A DNA stretch of 64,000 nucleotides, taken from assembly GCA_034521815.1 (NCBI GenBank), contig JAXHLW010000013.1:448001-512000 (forward strand), written 5' to 3'. Positions 32,312 through 43,834 of the stretch are shown one piece after another; positions within the stretch are counted from its first letter, which is position 1; each line of letters opens with the position of its first letter. Both the position numbers and the translations under genes were made by a program. Under the pieces are notes generated by a model, which saw only the letters and a list, made by a program, of their open reading frames with translations, had not been told where the DNA came from and made no database searches. Source of the stretch: Trueperaceae bacterium (lineage in GTDB: Bacteria; Deinococcota; Deinococci; Deinococcales; Trueperaceae).

Positions 32312-33055
32312 ATGACGGCGATCCGAGACCTCTTTCCAATCCCGAAACCGCGTCGCGGCCGAACGGCCGCGACGACGTTCCTCGTGCTCGGGGCGGCGTG
32401 CCTGCTGATGGTGGCGGGCTGTGCTCCCGCCGTCGGCTCTCGTACCGATTCGGGAGCGTCCGACCCGTACCTCCCGGGTGCGGCGGTCGCCGCGGTGGCC
32501 GCTCCCGAGCCGGAGCTGCCGGTCGGTTGGCGTCAACGGGGCGAGGCGTCGTGGTACGGCCCCAACTTCGCCGGAAGGCCGACCGCCAACGGCGAGATCT
32601 TCGATCCGTCGAGGCTGACGGCCGCCCACCCGAGCCTGCCGTTCGACACGCGCGTGCGCGTCACGAGCCTGGAGAACGGTCGCAGCGTCGTGGTCCGCAT
32701 CAACGACCGTGGGCCGTTCGCCCGCGACCGGGTGATCGACCTTTCGAGGGCGGCGGCGGAAGCGATCGGCCTGATCGGCAGCGGGGTCGCCGACGTTCGC
32801 ATCGAGCTCGCCGAAGGGCCGGACGGGACCCGGCCCCTTCTCGAGGACGCACGCCTCAGCGGGTACGACGTGATCCTTCCGGGCGCCGAGCCGGGATCGC
32901 TGCTGGTGCTGAGGAGCGCATCGGGCGCCGAGGTGCTGGCGCGCGCCGTCGACATGGAGCCCGAGCTCGTGCCCGGCTCGGACGGGTTCGGCTTGTGGAC
33001 CTCGCCCTCGCTGGCCGAGCGGCTGGGCGCGGTCGTGACCGTCGCGGTCGAGTGA
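32312..33055 (+). CDS. rlpA: septal ring lytic transglycosylase RlpA-family lipoprotein
   Basis: Lipobox VAGC; GEASWYG, TANGE, TAAHPSLP, INDRGPF, IDLS; TAGGAT-N7-ATG. Confidence 0.9.
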   Translation: MTAIRDLFPIPKPRRGRTAATTFLVLGAACLLMVAGCAPAVGSRTDSGASDPYLPGAAVAAVAAPEPELPVGWRQRGEASWYGPNFAGRPTANGEIFDPSRLTAAHPSLPFDTRVRVTSLENGRSVVVRINDRGPFARDRVIDLSRAAAEAIGLIGSGVADVRIELAEGPDGTRPLLEDARLSGYDVILPGAEPGSLLVLRSASGAEVLARAVDMEPELVPGSDGFGLWTSPSLAERLGAVVTVAVE

Positions 33056-33105
33056 CGCGGGGGCGTGACGCGGGGGCGTGGCGCGAGGGGCGTTGCGCGA
33101 GTGGC
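33052..33105 (+). repeat. 13-14-nt decaying tandem repeat x4 (GTGACGCGGGGGC) starting at the rlpA stop
   Basis: Two perfect units, then two progressively diverged units. Confidence 0.85.
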
Positions 33106-33141
33106 GTGCGCTCCCGCCAGGCGACGCGCGGGAGCTCGTCC

Positions 33142-35171
<2,030 letters not shown>

Positions 35172-35242
35172 GGACCTCCTCCGATCCGGCGCGAGGCCGG
35201 CGGACGGGTGAGCGGGAGCGGCATGAGCAGGGCCTGGCTGAC

Positions 35243-35264
35243 GAGGTCGAGCTGAGGTCGAGCT
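35243..35264 (-). repeat. 11-nt duplication (GAGGTCGAGCT x2) in the trp leader
   Basis: Perfect adjacent duplication. Confidence 0.8.
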
Positions 35265-35304
35265 GATGGGGTCTAGCTGCGCGCAACGAGCTGCACGGGC
35301 CGGA

Positions 35305-35382
35305 TCAACCGCGACGACGCCGCCAACGCTGGTGGCGGTGCTTGAACGCACGGGGCGTCCGGACGCGGGACCTCGGTCGCAT
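35305..35382 (-). CDS. candidate trpBA leader peptide (25 aa, single Trp)
   Basis: [32 protein letters not shown]7-ATG, where the TAG is the gluQ stop. Confidence 0.6.
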   Translation of the reverse strand: MRPRSRVRTPRAFKHRHQRWRRRRG

Positions 35383-35392
35383 GGCCGCGAGT

Positions 35393-36415
35393 CTACCGGG
35401 CGGTCCCGGGCGTGTCCAGGCCGTCCCCAGGTGCGCGGGGCGGGCCGCCGGGTCCGGGACCGCCGTGCAGCCACCCCAGCGCGGCGTCGTCGAGGCGGAC
35501 CGGATGGCGCGGCACGGCGGCCAGCTCGAACAGCTCGGCGAACCGTTCGGCCTGCAGCGGCTCGGGGCGCTCGATCTGTCCCAGCGACCAGGCCAGCAGG
35601 CCCACCACCCGCTCCGGGGGGACGCCCGCGTCGCGGAGCGCGCCGACGGTGAGGTCGCCGCGCCGCTTCGCCAGGCGCGCGCCGTCCGGACCGTGGAGCA
35701 GCGGCAGGTGCGCATGCCGAGGCGCTCGCTGATCCAGCAGCCGGGCCAGGACGCGCTGCGCCGCGGTGGAGGGCAAGAGGTCGTCGCCGCGGACCACCTC
35801 GTCGATGGCCATCGCGGCGTCGTCGACCACGACCGCGAGCTGGTACGCCCAGGCACCGTCGGCACGTAGGAGCACGATGTCGCCGACCTCGCGCGCCACC
35901 TCGCTCTCGCGCGGCCCGGCGAGAAGATCGTCCCACCGCTCGGTCCCTTCGGGCATGCGCAGCCGGATCGCCGGCTCCTTGCCCTGGGCCCGCTTGTCGG
36001 CCTCCGCACGGGCGTTCGCGGCGCGCTCGCGTGGGCCGTACACGGCGCCCGCACCGTGAGGTGCGGACGACAGCTCGCGAAGGTCCTTGCGCGACAGCCA
36101 GCAGCGGAACGTGCGTCCGTCTTCGCGGAGGCGCTCCAGCGCGTCGGCGTAGCGGTCCTCGCGCAGCGATTGACGGTACGGCCCGAACGGTCCGCCCACG
36201 TCGGGACCCTCGTCCCAGTCGAGCCCCAGCCAGCGAAGCTCGGCGACGTTCCCGGTGACCGCCTCGGGCACGGTGCGTGGGCGGTCGAGGTCCTCGACCC
36301 GCAGCACGAAGCCGCTCCCGTCGGAACGGGCCCGCGCCCAGGCCGCCAGGGCGGTACGGGCGTTGCCGAGGTGCTGCGCTCCCGTCGGCGAGGGCGCGTA
36401 GCGGCCGCGCGGCAC
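35393..36415 (-). CDS. gluQ: glutamyl-Q tRNA(Asp) synthetase
   Basis: [40 protein letters not shown]; short, with no anticodon domain. Confidence 0.9.
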   Translation of the reverse strand: MPRGRYAPSPTGAQHLGNARTALAAWARARSDGSGFVLRVEDLDRPRTVPEAVTGNVAELRWLGLDWDEGPDVGGPFGPYRQSLREDRYADALERLREDGRTFRCWLSRKDLRELSSAPHGAGAVYGPRERAANARAEADKRAQGKEPAIRLRMPEGTERWDDLLAGPRESEVAREVGDIVLLRADGAWAYQLAVVVDDAAMAIDEVVRGDDLLPSTAAQRVLARLLDQRAPRHAHLPLLHGPDGARLAKRRGDLTVGALRDAGVPPERVVGLLAWSLGQIERPEPLQAERFAELFELAAVPRHPVRLDDAALGWLHGGPGPGGPPRAPGDGLDTPGTAR

Positions 36416-36421
36416 GGGCGC

Positions 36422-37012
36422 TCAGCCCTCCCGGACGTCCACTCGGCCGGTGCCTTCGTCCACGGCGTCCACCGCCGCGAGGGACACGACCGGCACGCCG
36501 AGCGGCTCGAGGCGGACGCGTCCCTCCTGGAACGTCTTCTCGATCACGGTGCCGATGCCCTGCAGATCGGCTCCCGCCCCCAGGATCAGGCGGGCGAGCG
36601 CATCGATCGTCAGGCCGCTGGCCAGAAAGTCGTCGATCAGCAGCACCCTGTCGCCCGCCTGGAGCGCCTCTGACGACACGACCAACGGCGTGACGCCGCC
36701 CTTCGTCGGGCTGGGCGCCTCGGCCTGGAACACCGGCCCGGGCATCGTGGCGGGCCGCTTCTTGCGCGCGTACACGACCGGAGCGCCGTAGGCGATCCCG
36801 GTCGCGAGCGCGGGGGCGATCCCCGACGCCTCGGCGGTCACGACGACGTCGACCTCGCTCACGCCGACCGCCTCGAATCGCTCGCGGAACGCTCGGCCCA
36901 TGGCCAGCGTCAGCTCGGGCTCGAGGCGGTGGTTGAGGAAGCCGTCGACCTTGAGCAGGCCGCCGGGCAGCACGCGCCCTCCTTCACGGATTCGCTCGAC
37001 GAGGGCGATCAC
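36422..37012 (-). CDS. xpt: xanthine phosphoribosyltransferase
   Basis: [35 protein letters not shown]. Confidence 0.92.
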   Translation of the reverse strand: MIALVERIREGGRVLPGGLLKVDGFLNHRLEPELTLAMGRAFRERFEAVGVSEVDVVVTAEASGIAPALATGIAYGAPVVYARKKRPATMPGPVFQAEAPSPTKGGVTPLVVSSEALQAGDRVLLIDDFLASGLTIDALARLILGAGADLQGIGTVIEKTFQEGRVRLEPLGVPVVSLAAVDAVDEGTGRVDVREG

Positions 37013-37028
37013 AGGTCGCGGCGCCCGC

Positions 37029-37967
37029 TCAGGTCCGACGGCGCCGCCGCATCGCCTCGATCATCGCCGAGCCCATGTCGCTGGGCGTCGACGCCACGAC
37101 GACGCCCGCGTCCTCGAGCGCGGCGATCTTGGCGTCCGCCGTTCCCAGGCCGCCCGACACGATCGCGCCGGCGTGCCCCATGCGCTTGCCGGGAGGCGCC
37201 GTGGTCCCGGCGATGAAGCCCGCGACCGGCTTGCCGAGATGCGCGGCGATCCAGGCGGCCGCGTCCTCCTCGGCGGTCCCGCCGATCTCGCCGATCATGA
37301 TCACGCCCTCGGTGGCGTCGTCGGCGGCGAACAGCTCGAGCACGTCGACGAAGCTGGTGCCGTTGACCGGATCGCCGCCGATGCCGATCGCCGTGGTCTG
37401 GCCCAGGCCGACGTCGCTGAGCTGCTTGACGGCCTCGTAGGTCAGCGTTCCCGAGCGGCTGACCACGCCGATGCGGCCGCCTTCGTGGATGTAGCCGGGC
37501 ATGATGCCGATCTTGCACTCGTGCGGCGTGATGACGCCCGGGCAGTTCGGGCCGACCAGGCGCGTCCCGCTGCCCTGCAGCGCACGCTTCACGGTCACCA
37601 TGTCCTGGACCGGAATCCCCTCGGTGATGGCGACGACCAGCGGCAGGCCGGCGTCGGCCGCCTCGAGGATCGCGTCGGCGGCCCCGAACGGCGGGACGTA
37701 CACGACGCTGGCGTTCGCGCCCGTGCGCGCGACGGCGTCGCGCACGGTCTCGAACATCGGCACCTCGACGTCGTAGCGGTCCTCCCGGTCGGGGACGCCG
37801 CTATGGTCGGTCTCGCCCTCGAACCGGAGCGAGGTGCCCCCCTTGCCGGGGTGGACGCCGGCGACGACGTTCGTGCCGTAGGCGATCGCCTTGTCGGTGT
37901 GGAACCGCCCGGCGCTTCCCAGGCCTTGCACCAGCAGGCGGGTGTCGGTGCCGACGAGGACGCTCAC
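37029..37967 (-). CDS. sucD: succinyl-CoA synthetase alpha subunit
   Basis: [38 protein letters not shown]. Confidence 0.96.
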   Translation of the reverse strand: MSVLVGTDTRLLVQGLGSAGRFHTDKAIAYGTNVVAGVHPGKGGTSLRFEGETDHSGVPDREDRYDVEVPMFETVRDAVARTGANASVVYVPPFGAADAILEAADAGLPLVVAITEGIPVQDMVTVKRALQGSGTRLVGPNCPGVITPHECKIGIMPGYIHEGGRIGVVSRSGTLTYEAVKQLSDVGLGQTTAIGIGGDPVNGTSFVDVLELFAADDATEGVIMIGEIGGTAEEDAAAWIAAHLGKPVAGFIAGTTAPPGKRMGHAGAIVSGGLGTADAKIAALEDAGVVVASTPSDMGSAMIEAMRRRRRT

Positions 37968-39187
37968 CGGGCCGCCTCGACGATCTTGGCCGCGCCGTCC
38001 TTCATGTCGCTGGCGTTCACGACGTCGAGGCCGGACGCGTCGATGATCCGTTTTCCGAGCTCCACGTTCGTGCCCTCCAGTCGCACCACCAGCGGCACCT
38101 CGAGCCCCACCTGTTTCACGGCCTCGACGACGCCTTCGGCGATGGTGTCGCACTTCATGATCCCGCCGAAGATGTTCACGAAGATTCCTTTGACGTTCGG
38201 ATCGCGCGTGATGATCTTGAACGCCGCGGTGACGTTCTCGGTCGTGGCACCGCCGCCCACGTCCAGGAAGTTCGCGGGCTCGCCGCCCACCTGCTTGATC
38301 GTGTCCATGGTGGCCATCGCCAGGCCCGCGCCGTTCACCAGGCAGCCGACGGTCCCGTCGAGCTTGATGAAGCTGAGCCCGTACGAGCTCGCCTCCAGCT
38401 CGGCCGGGTCCTCTTCGCTCTCGTCGCGAAGCTCGGCGACGTCCGGATGCCGGAACAGGGCGTTGTCGTCGAAGCCCATCTTGCCGTCCAGCGCCATCAC
38501 GCCGCCCTCTTCGGTCACGACCAGCGGGTTGATCTCGATCAGATCGGTGTCCATCCGCACGGCGAACTCGGCCAGCGCTTTCATGAACGAGGTCCCGTTC
38601 TTCGCGGCGTCGCCGCTCAGCCCCAAGCCCAGCGCCAGCCGGCGCGCCTGGAAGTCGGCCATGCCGACGGCGGGATCGATCGTCTCGCGCAGGATCTTCT
38701 CGGGCGTCTCGGCGGCCACCTCCTCGATCTCGGTGCCGCCCTCGGTCGAGGCCATCATCAGGTTGCGTCCCGTGGCCCGGTCGAGAACCACCGACAGGTA
38801 CAGCTCGCGGGCGATGCGGACGCCCTGCTCGATGTAGAGCCGGTGGACCGTCTTGCCTTCGGGGCCGGTCTGGACGGTGACGAGCGTCGAGCCGAGCATC
38901 TTCTCGGCCAGCTCGCGGACCTTCGCCTCGGCGGCGGCTGCGCCGCCGGAAAGACCGTCGGTGACGACGTTCACGCCCGCCACGTCGCTGTGCTCGATGA
39001 ATCGGCCCTTGCCGCGGCCACCGGCGTGGATCTGCGACTTGACGACGACGACCGGCGATCCGCCCGCTTCGATCAGCGGTCTGACGGCCGCGACCGCCTC
39101 GTCCGGCGTCCGGGCGACGCGGCCCGCGGGGACCGCGATGCCGCGCTCCGCCATCAGTCGTTTGGCCTGATACTCGTGGATCTTCAA
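37964..39187 (-). CDS. sucC: succinyl-CoA synthetase beta subunit
   Basis: TTG start [45 protein letters not shown]. Confidence 0.96.
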   Translation of the reverse strand: MKIHEYQAKRLMAERGIAVPAGRVARTPDEAVAAVRPLIEAGGSPVVVVKSQIHAGGRGKGRFIEHSDVAGVNVVTDGLSGGAAAAEAKVRELAEKMLGSTLVTVQTGPEGKTVHRLYIEQGVRIARELYLSVVLDRATGRNLMMASTEGGTEIEEVAAETPEKILRETIDPAVGMADFQARRLALGLGLSGDAAKNGTSFMKALAEFAVRMDTDLIEINPLVVTEEGGVMALDGKMGFDDNALFRHPDVAELRDESEEDPAELEASSYGLSFIKLDGTVGCLVNGAGLAMATMDTIKQVGGEPANFLDVGGGATTENVTAAFKIITRDPNVKGIFVNIFGGIMKCDTIAEGVVEAVKQVGLEVPLVVRLEGTNVELGKRIIDASGLDVVNASDMKDGAAKIVEAAR

Positions 39188-39385
39188 CGCAACTACCTCC
39201 AGGGGGGTTCGTCGACCGACGCAGGGTACCGCACGTCGCCGCCGACGCGTGCGGTACCGGCGCGCGTGGCGCCGGCGAGCGGGACCAGCGTGCGGCGTCG
39301 GCGCGCAGGACCCGCCGTCCCGTCGGTCCCGTGACGAGCGGACGATCGTGCACGCCCGGTGCACGCGGAGCGGTAGGCTTGGCGC

Positions 39386-39886
39386 ATGTACCGCACCGCC
39401 ATCCTCACCGTCAGCGACCGTGGCGCGGCCGGCACACGGGACGACACCGCCGTGCAGTCGATCCGCGAGGTCCTCGGGCGCGGCCCGTTCGTCGAGGTCG
39501 ACTACGACCTGATTCCCGACGAGCAGGCGCGGATCCGCGCGAAGCTGAGGCTTTGGTCCGACGCGGACGGCACCGACCTGGTGCTGACCTGCGGCGGCAC
39601 CGGTCTGGCTCCGCGCGATCGGACGCCCGAGGCCACGAGGGACGTGCTCGATCGCGACGTTCCGGGCATGGCCGAGCTGATGCGCTCCGAGGGCGCTCGC
39701 TCGACGCCGCTCGCCGTGCTCTCGCGGGGGGTGGTGGGGGTTCGACGCGGCACGCTCATCGTGAACCTGCCCGGCAGTCCGACGGGCGCCAAGCAGTCGC
39801 TCGAGGCGCTGATGCCCGTCCTGGCGCACGCGCTCGACGTGCTGGCCGGCGAGGCGTCCGGCGACCCCGGCGCTTGGCACGCCTGA
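39386..39886 (+). CDS. mog: MogA/MoaB-family molybdopterin adenylyltransferase
   Basis: [40 protein letters not shown]6-ATG. Confidence 0.9.
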   Translation: MYRTAILTVSDRGAAGTRDDTAVQSIREVLGRGPFVEVDYDLIPDEQARIRAKLRLWSDADGTDLVLTCGGTGLAPRDRTPEATRDVLDRDVPGMAELMRSEGARSTPLAVLSRGVVGVRRGTLIVNLPGSPTGAKQSLEALMPVLAHALDVLAGEASGDPGAWHA

Positions 39887-39896
39887 GGATCCTGGC

Positions 39897-40376
39897 GTGA
39901 CCTGGCTGGCGCTCGCCGTATTCGTCGCCTCGCTCCTCGTGGGGCTCGTCGGCGTCGTGGCGCCGGTTCTCCCGGGCGTGCCTCTGGCCGCGCTGGGCGC
40001 CGTGGCTGCGGCCTGGATCCGCGGATTCGACGTGGTGGGCGTCGCTCCGCTGGTCTGGGTCGCCGTTCTGGCGGTGGTGGCGCAGGCGCTCGACTTCGCG
40101 GCCGGCGCCGTGGGCGCGCGCGTCTACGGCGCGCGGCGGGCCGGCTTCTGGGGAGGGGTGCTGGGCTCGCTGGCCGGGCTGATCTGGTTCCCGCCGTTCG
40201 GGTTCCTGCTGGGCGCGCTCATCGGCGCGGTCGGAGCCGAGCTGCTCACCGGTCGGCCATTCGACGAAGCTGTGCGGGCGGGGGTGGGCGCCTTCGCGGG
40301 AAGCGTCGGCGGCATCGTCGCGAAGGGCCTGATCCTGATCGCCATGGCGGTCGTGATGGTGCCCGCCCTGCTCTGA
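39897..40376 (+). CDS. DUF456-family membrane protein
   Basis: [30 protein letters not shown]. Confidence 0.82.
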   Translation: MTWLALAVFVASLLVGLVGVVAPVLPGVPLAALGAVAAAWIRGFDVVGVAPLVWVAVLAVVAQALDFAAGAVGARVYGARRAGFWGGVLGSLAGLIWFPPFGFLLGALIGAVGAELLTGRPFDEAVRAGVGAFAGSVGGIVAKGLILIAMAVVMVPALL

Positions 40377-40412
40377 GGCTGCTATCCTCTCCGCTCTGGA
40401 AGCGAGGATTTC

Positions 40413-41330
40413 ATGGACCCCGTACTCGTTCAACTCGGCCCGCTGGCGATCCGCTGGTACGGCCTTCTCATCGCCCTCGGGGTGCTCGCGGGCTCGGTCT
40501 GGTCGCTTCGCGAGGCCCGGCGGCGCGACATGGACACCGACGCGCTGCTCGACATGGCGCCGTGGCTGGTGCTGGCCGGACTGGTCGGTGCGCGTCTGGT
40601 GTTCGTGCTCACCAGCCCCGGGCCGTTCTTCGGGCCCGGAGGTCGCCCGCTGGACGCGTTCGCCATCTGGCAGGGCGGCATCAGCATCCACGGTGGCATC
40701 CTCGGAATCATGATCGCCGTGTTCGTGTTGGCCCGCCGCAAGAAGATGTCCGGCTGGGGCGTGTTGGACGTCCTCACGCCGGTCGGCGCGTTCGGGATCA
40801 TCGGGGGGCGGATCGGCAACGTCATGAACGGCACCGACACGGGTGGCCGGCTGACGGAGCTGCCGATCGGCGTCGCCTGGCCCGAGCGGGGCACCGAGAC
40901 GTTCGGAGCGATCGGACGGTGGATCTTCGGATCCGACCTCTGGGCGTACGCCCCACCGGTGTGCGCACAGGTCCCCGCCGGCGAGCCGTGCGTCGTGCAC
41001 CTCGCGCCGGTGTACGGCGCGGTGGTCGGCCTGGCGCTGATCCCGATCCTCGCCTGGGCGTTCCGGAGGAGCCGCACGCCGGGCTTCGTGTTCGCGCACT
41101 TCGCGCTCTGGTATTCGCTGCTCAGGAGCCTGATCGAGGAGCCGTTCCGCGACAACCCGCTGTTCTGGCCGGTGTACGAGAACGCCTCGATCGGGATCGG
41201 GGTCTTCACCCTGACGCAGCTCGTGTCGCTCCCGATCGTGCTGATCGCGCTGTACGCGCTGATGACGCTGGACCCGGATCGCGACGTGCGGCGCAGCGCG
41301 CTGACGCGGCGCGCCGCCAACCGCCGGTGA
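40413..41330 (+). CDS. lgt: prolipoprotein diacylglyceryl transferase
   Basis: IRWYG, GARL, IWQGGISIHGG, GRIGN, EPFR. Confidence 0.94.
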   Translation: MDPVLVQLGPLAIRWYGLLIALGVLAGSVWSLREARRRDMDTDALLDMAPWLVLAGLVGARLVFVLTSPGPFFGPGGRPLDAFAIWQGGISIHGGILGIMIAVFVLARRKKMSGWGVLDVLTPVGAFGIIGGRIGNVMNGTDTGGRLTELPIGVAWPERGTETFGAIGRWIFGSDLWAYAPPVCAQVPAGEPCVVHLAPVYGAVVGLALIPILAWAFRRSRTPGFVFAHFALWYSLLRSLIEEPFRDNPLFWPVYENASIGIGVFTLTQLVSLPIVLIALYALMTLDPDRDVRRSALTRRAANRR

Positions 41331-42382
41331 GCGGCGCGGCCGGCGCGCCAGAGGCGGCCTCCGCCGTCCCGGCCTCGCCCGCCGCGGTGATCCTGGCGGC
41401 CGGGCAGGGGACGCGGATGCGCTCGTCGCTGCCCAAGGTCGTGCACCAGGTCGCGGGCCGGCCGATGATCGCCCACGTGGTCCGGACCGCGCGAGAGGCG
41501 GGCGCCGATCCGATCGTCGTCGTCGTCGGCCACGGCGCCGACGCGGTGCGCGAGGCGCTCGGCGACGCCCCGGTCCGCTTCGCCCGTCAGGCGGAGCAGC
41601 TCGGGACCGGTCACGCCCTCGCGTGCGCCCGCTCCGCGCTGCGGGATCACGACGGTCCCCTCTTCGTGTTGAACGGCGACGGACCGCTGCTGCGGCCGGC
41701 GACGCTGCGCGCCATGGCGTCGGTCCACGGCGTGGGCGCCGAGGTGCGTGAGGATCGGCCCGGAATGACCCTGGCGACCGTGCGCGTGGACGACCCGCGA
41801 GGATTGGGTCGGATCGTGCGGGATGCGGGCGGTGCGCTGACCGAGATCGTGGAGGAGGCCGACGCCGACGAGGCGACGCGCGCGATCCACGAGGTCAACC
41901 CAGGCGTGTACCTCGTCGACGCTGGGGTGTGGGAGCACCTGGGCCGGCTCGGAACGGACAACGCCCAGAACGAGACGTACGTGACCGACCTGCCGGCTCG
42001 CTACCTGGCCAGCGGCCAAGGCGTCCGGACGGTCGAGATGACCGATCCCGACGAGGCTCTGGCCGCGAACGATCGCACGCAGCTGGCCCGTTTGGAGCGC
42101 GTGGCTCGGATGCGAATCGCTCGTCGCTGGATGGACGAGGGCGTCACCATGCTCGCGCCCGCGTCGACGTTCCTCGACGACGACGTGGTGCTGGCGCGCG
42201 ACGTGGTGCTGGAGCCGTTCGTGATGCTGCTGAACGGGACGACCGTCGGCGAAGGCGCGCGCATCGGGGCGGGCGCGCATCTGACCTCGTGCGTCGTTGC
42301 GCCGGGCGCGGCCGTCGCGGCGAACGTCGTCGCGCGGGACGCGCGGTTCGAGGCGTCGTCGGGTCAGCCTCTGAGCCGGTAG
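41327..42382 (+). CDS. glmU: GlmU-like N-acetylglucosamine-1-phosphate uridyltransferase with truncated acetyltransferase domain (351 aa)
   Basis: ILAAGQGTRMRS.LPKV, QLGTGHA, GRIVR, NAQNETYVTD, ANDRTQL; only the first hexapeptide turns follow. Confidence 0.85.
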   Translation: MSGAAGAPEAASAVPASPAAVILAAGQGTRMRSSLPKVVHQVAGRPMIAHVVRTAREAGADPIVVVVGHGADAVREALGDAPVRFARQAEQLGTGHALACARSALRDHDGPLFVLNGDGPLLRPATLRAMASVHGVGAEVREDRPGMTLATVRVDDPRGLGRIVRDAGGALTEIVEEADADEATRAIHEVNPGVYLVDAGVWEHLGRLGTDNAQNETYVTDLPARYLASGQGVRTVEMTDPDEALAANDRTQLARLERVARMRIARRWMDEGVTMLAPASTFLDDDVVLARDVVLEPFVMLLNGTTVGEGARIGAGAHLTSCVVAPGAAVAANVVARDARFEASSGQPLSR

Positions 42383-43833
42383 CCGGCGTCCTCGGGTCCG
42401 TCGAGCGTCTCGAGGGTCAGGCTCTCCACCCGGATCGCGCCGCTCTCGACGTAGAAGCCGACGCGTCCCTCCCGCACGGTGTCGTCCGCCAGGCTCAGCA
42501 CGACCACCCCGGCGATCGACGCTTCGAGGTACCCGCCGAACGCCACGACCTCGATCTCGAACGGCTCCGCTCGCAGGTGGTGGGCCGCCTGCTGGAGCTC
42601 GCGGTAGTCGAACGCCGGCATGCCGGGCGCGACCTCCTCGGCGCGTGCGGTCCACACCCGAATCGCGGCCAGCGCCTTGTCCGGCGACAGGCTGAGGTGG
42701 TAGCCCTCGCCGCGCTCGTCGACGCGGACGAGGACGCCGAACTTGCCCGCCCCCTCGCGCGATAGGCGGGCGCGAAGGCGCACGTCGCGCTCATCGTCCG
42801 GCAGCAGGAACAGCTCGGTTGCGGAGCTCGACACCAGTCGCGCGTCACCGTCGTCGTCGGGTCCGTCCGCGGACGTGCCAGGGACGCCGCAGACCGCCTC
42901 GAAGCGGCCCAGCGCCGATCCGGTCCGCACGCCCACGACCTTCGACTCGAACCCAGAGAACGACCTGACCGACAGCCGGTCGCCGTCCGCGTGGACCTCC
43001 TTGGGCGGCGCCAGCAACGGTCCTCCGGCGGGAGGCGCGAAGAAGTTCCAGAGCAGCCGCGTCTCGCCGTCCGTCGCGAGCGCCGGACGGACCGCGTAGT
43101 TGCCTTGGGGGAGAAGGACGTTGTCGCTTGGCGCCTCGAACGGCCGGTCCAGCGACGCGGTGGACCACAGGTGCACCTTCCGGTCCTCGCGGATCGAGCC
43201 GATCAGCCACCAGCGCTGGCCGGCTCGGAACAGCGCCGGCAGCTCGACGTCGTCGTAGCGATTGGGGTGGTGAAGCGGAGGAAGCGTCGTCGGCGCCCCG
43301 TCGCCGTCCCACGCCAGTCGCGCGACGCAGCCGCGACGCAGCGGCGGACCTTTCGGCCACGCGCGCGGCCGCCAGGATCTCCAGGCGCTCGCCGGTGTCG
43401 ACGAGGAACGGATCGCGGAAGCTGGACCAGCCGCGGGTGCCCGGGCCGGTCTCGTACGCCGGGTGCCCGAGCTCGATGGGGAAGCCGTTCCCTTCGACCT
43501 TGCGCCACGCGTACAGGTCGTGCGAGCGCGCCAGGCCGATGCGCTGCACGCGGCCCTCCTCGGTACGCGACAGGCCCGTGTACAGCATGCGGAACCCCCT
43601 GCCGGATCGGCGCTGACGTGGACCGACCAGAGCATGTCGTCGTCGAACGCGCCGGGATCCCCGACGAACAGGGCGTTGCGTACCGGCGTCCAGCGGGCGC
43701 CGTCCTCGCTGGTGGCGTGCGCGATCAGGTCGTGGTTCGGCAGCACCAGGTGGAACAGGTGGTACACGCCGTCGTGGGCCACGACGTCCACGTCGCCGAT
43801 CTCGACCGGCCGGAATCCGCCGCTCCGGTACAT
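42364..43833 (-). pseudogene. GH32-family sucrase/beta-fructosidase with two compensating frameshifts (real or sequencing error)
   Basis: EIGDVD...MLWS in one frame, MLYTG...SFRDPF in another (43594-43354), then back to DDVELP and the beta-sandwich. Confidence 0.75.
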
Positions 43834-43834
43834 C

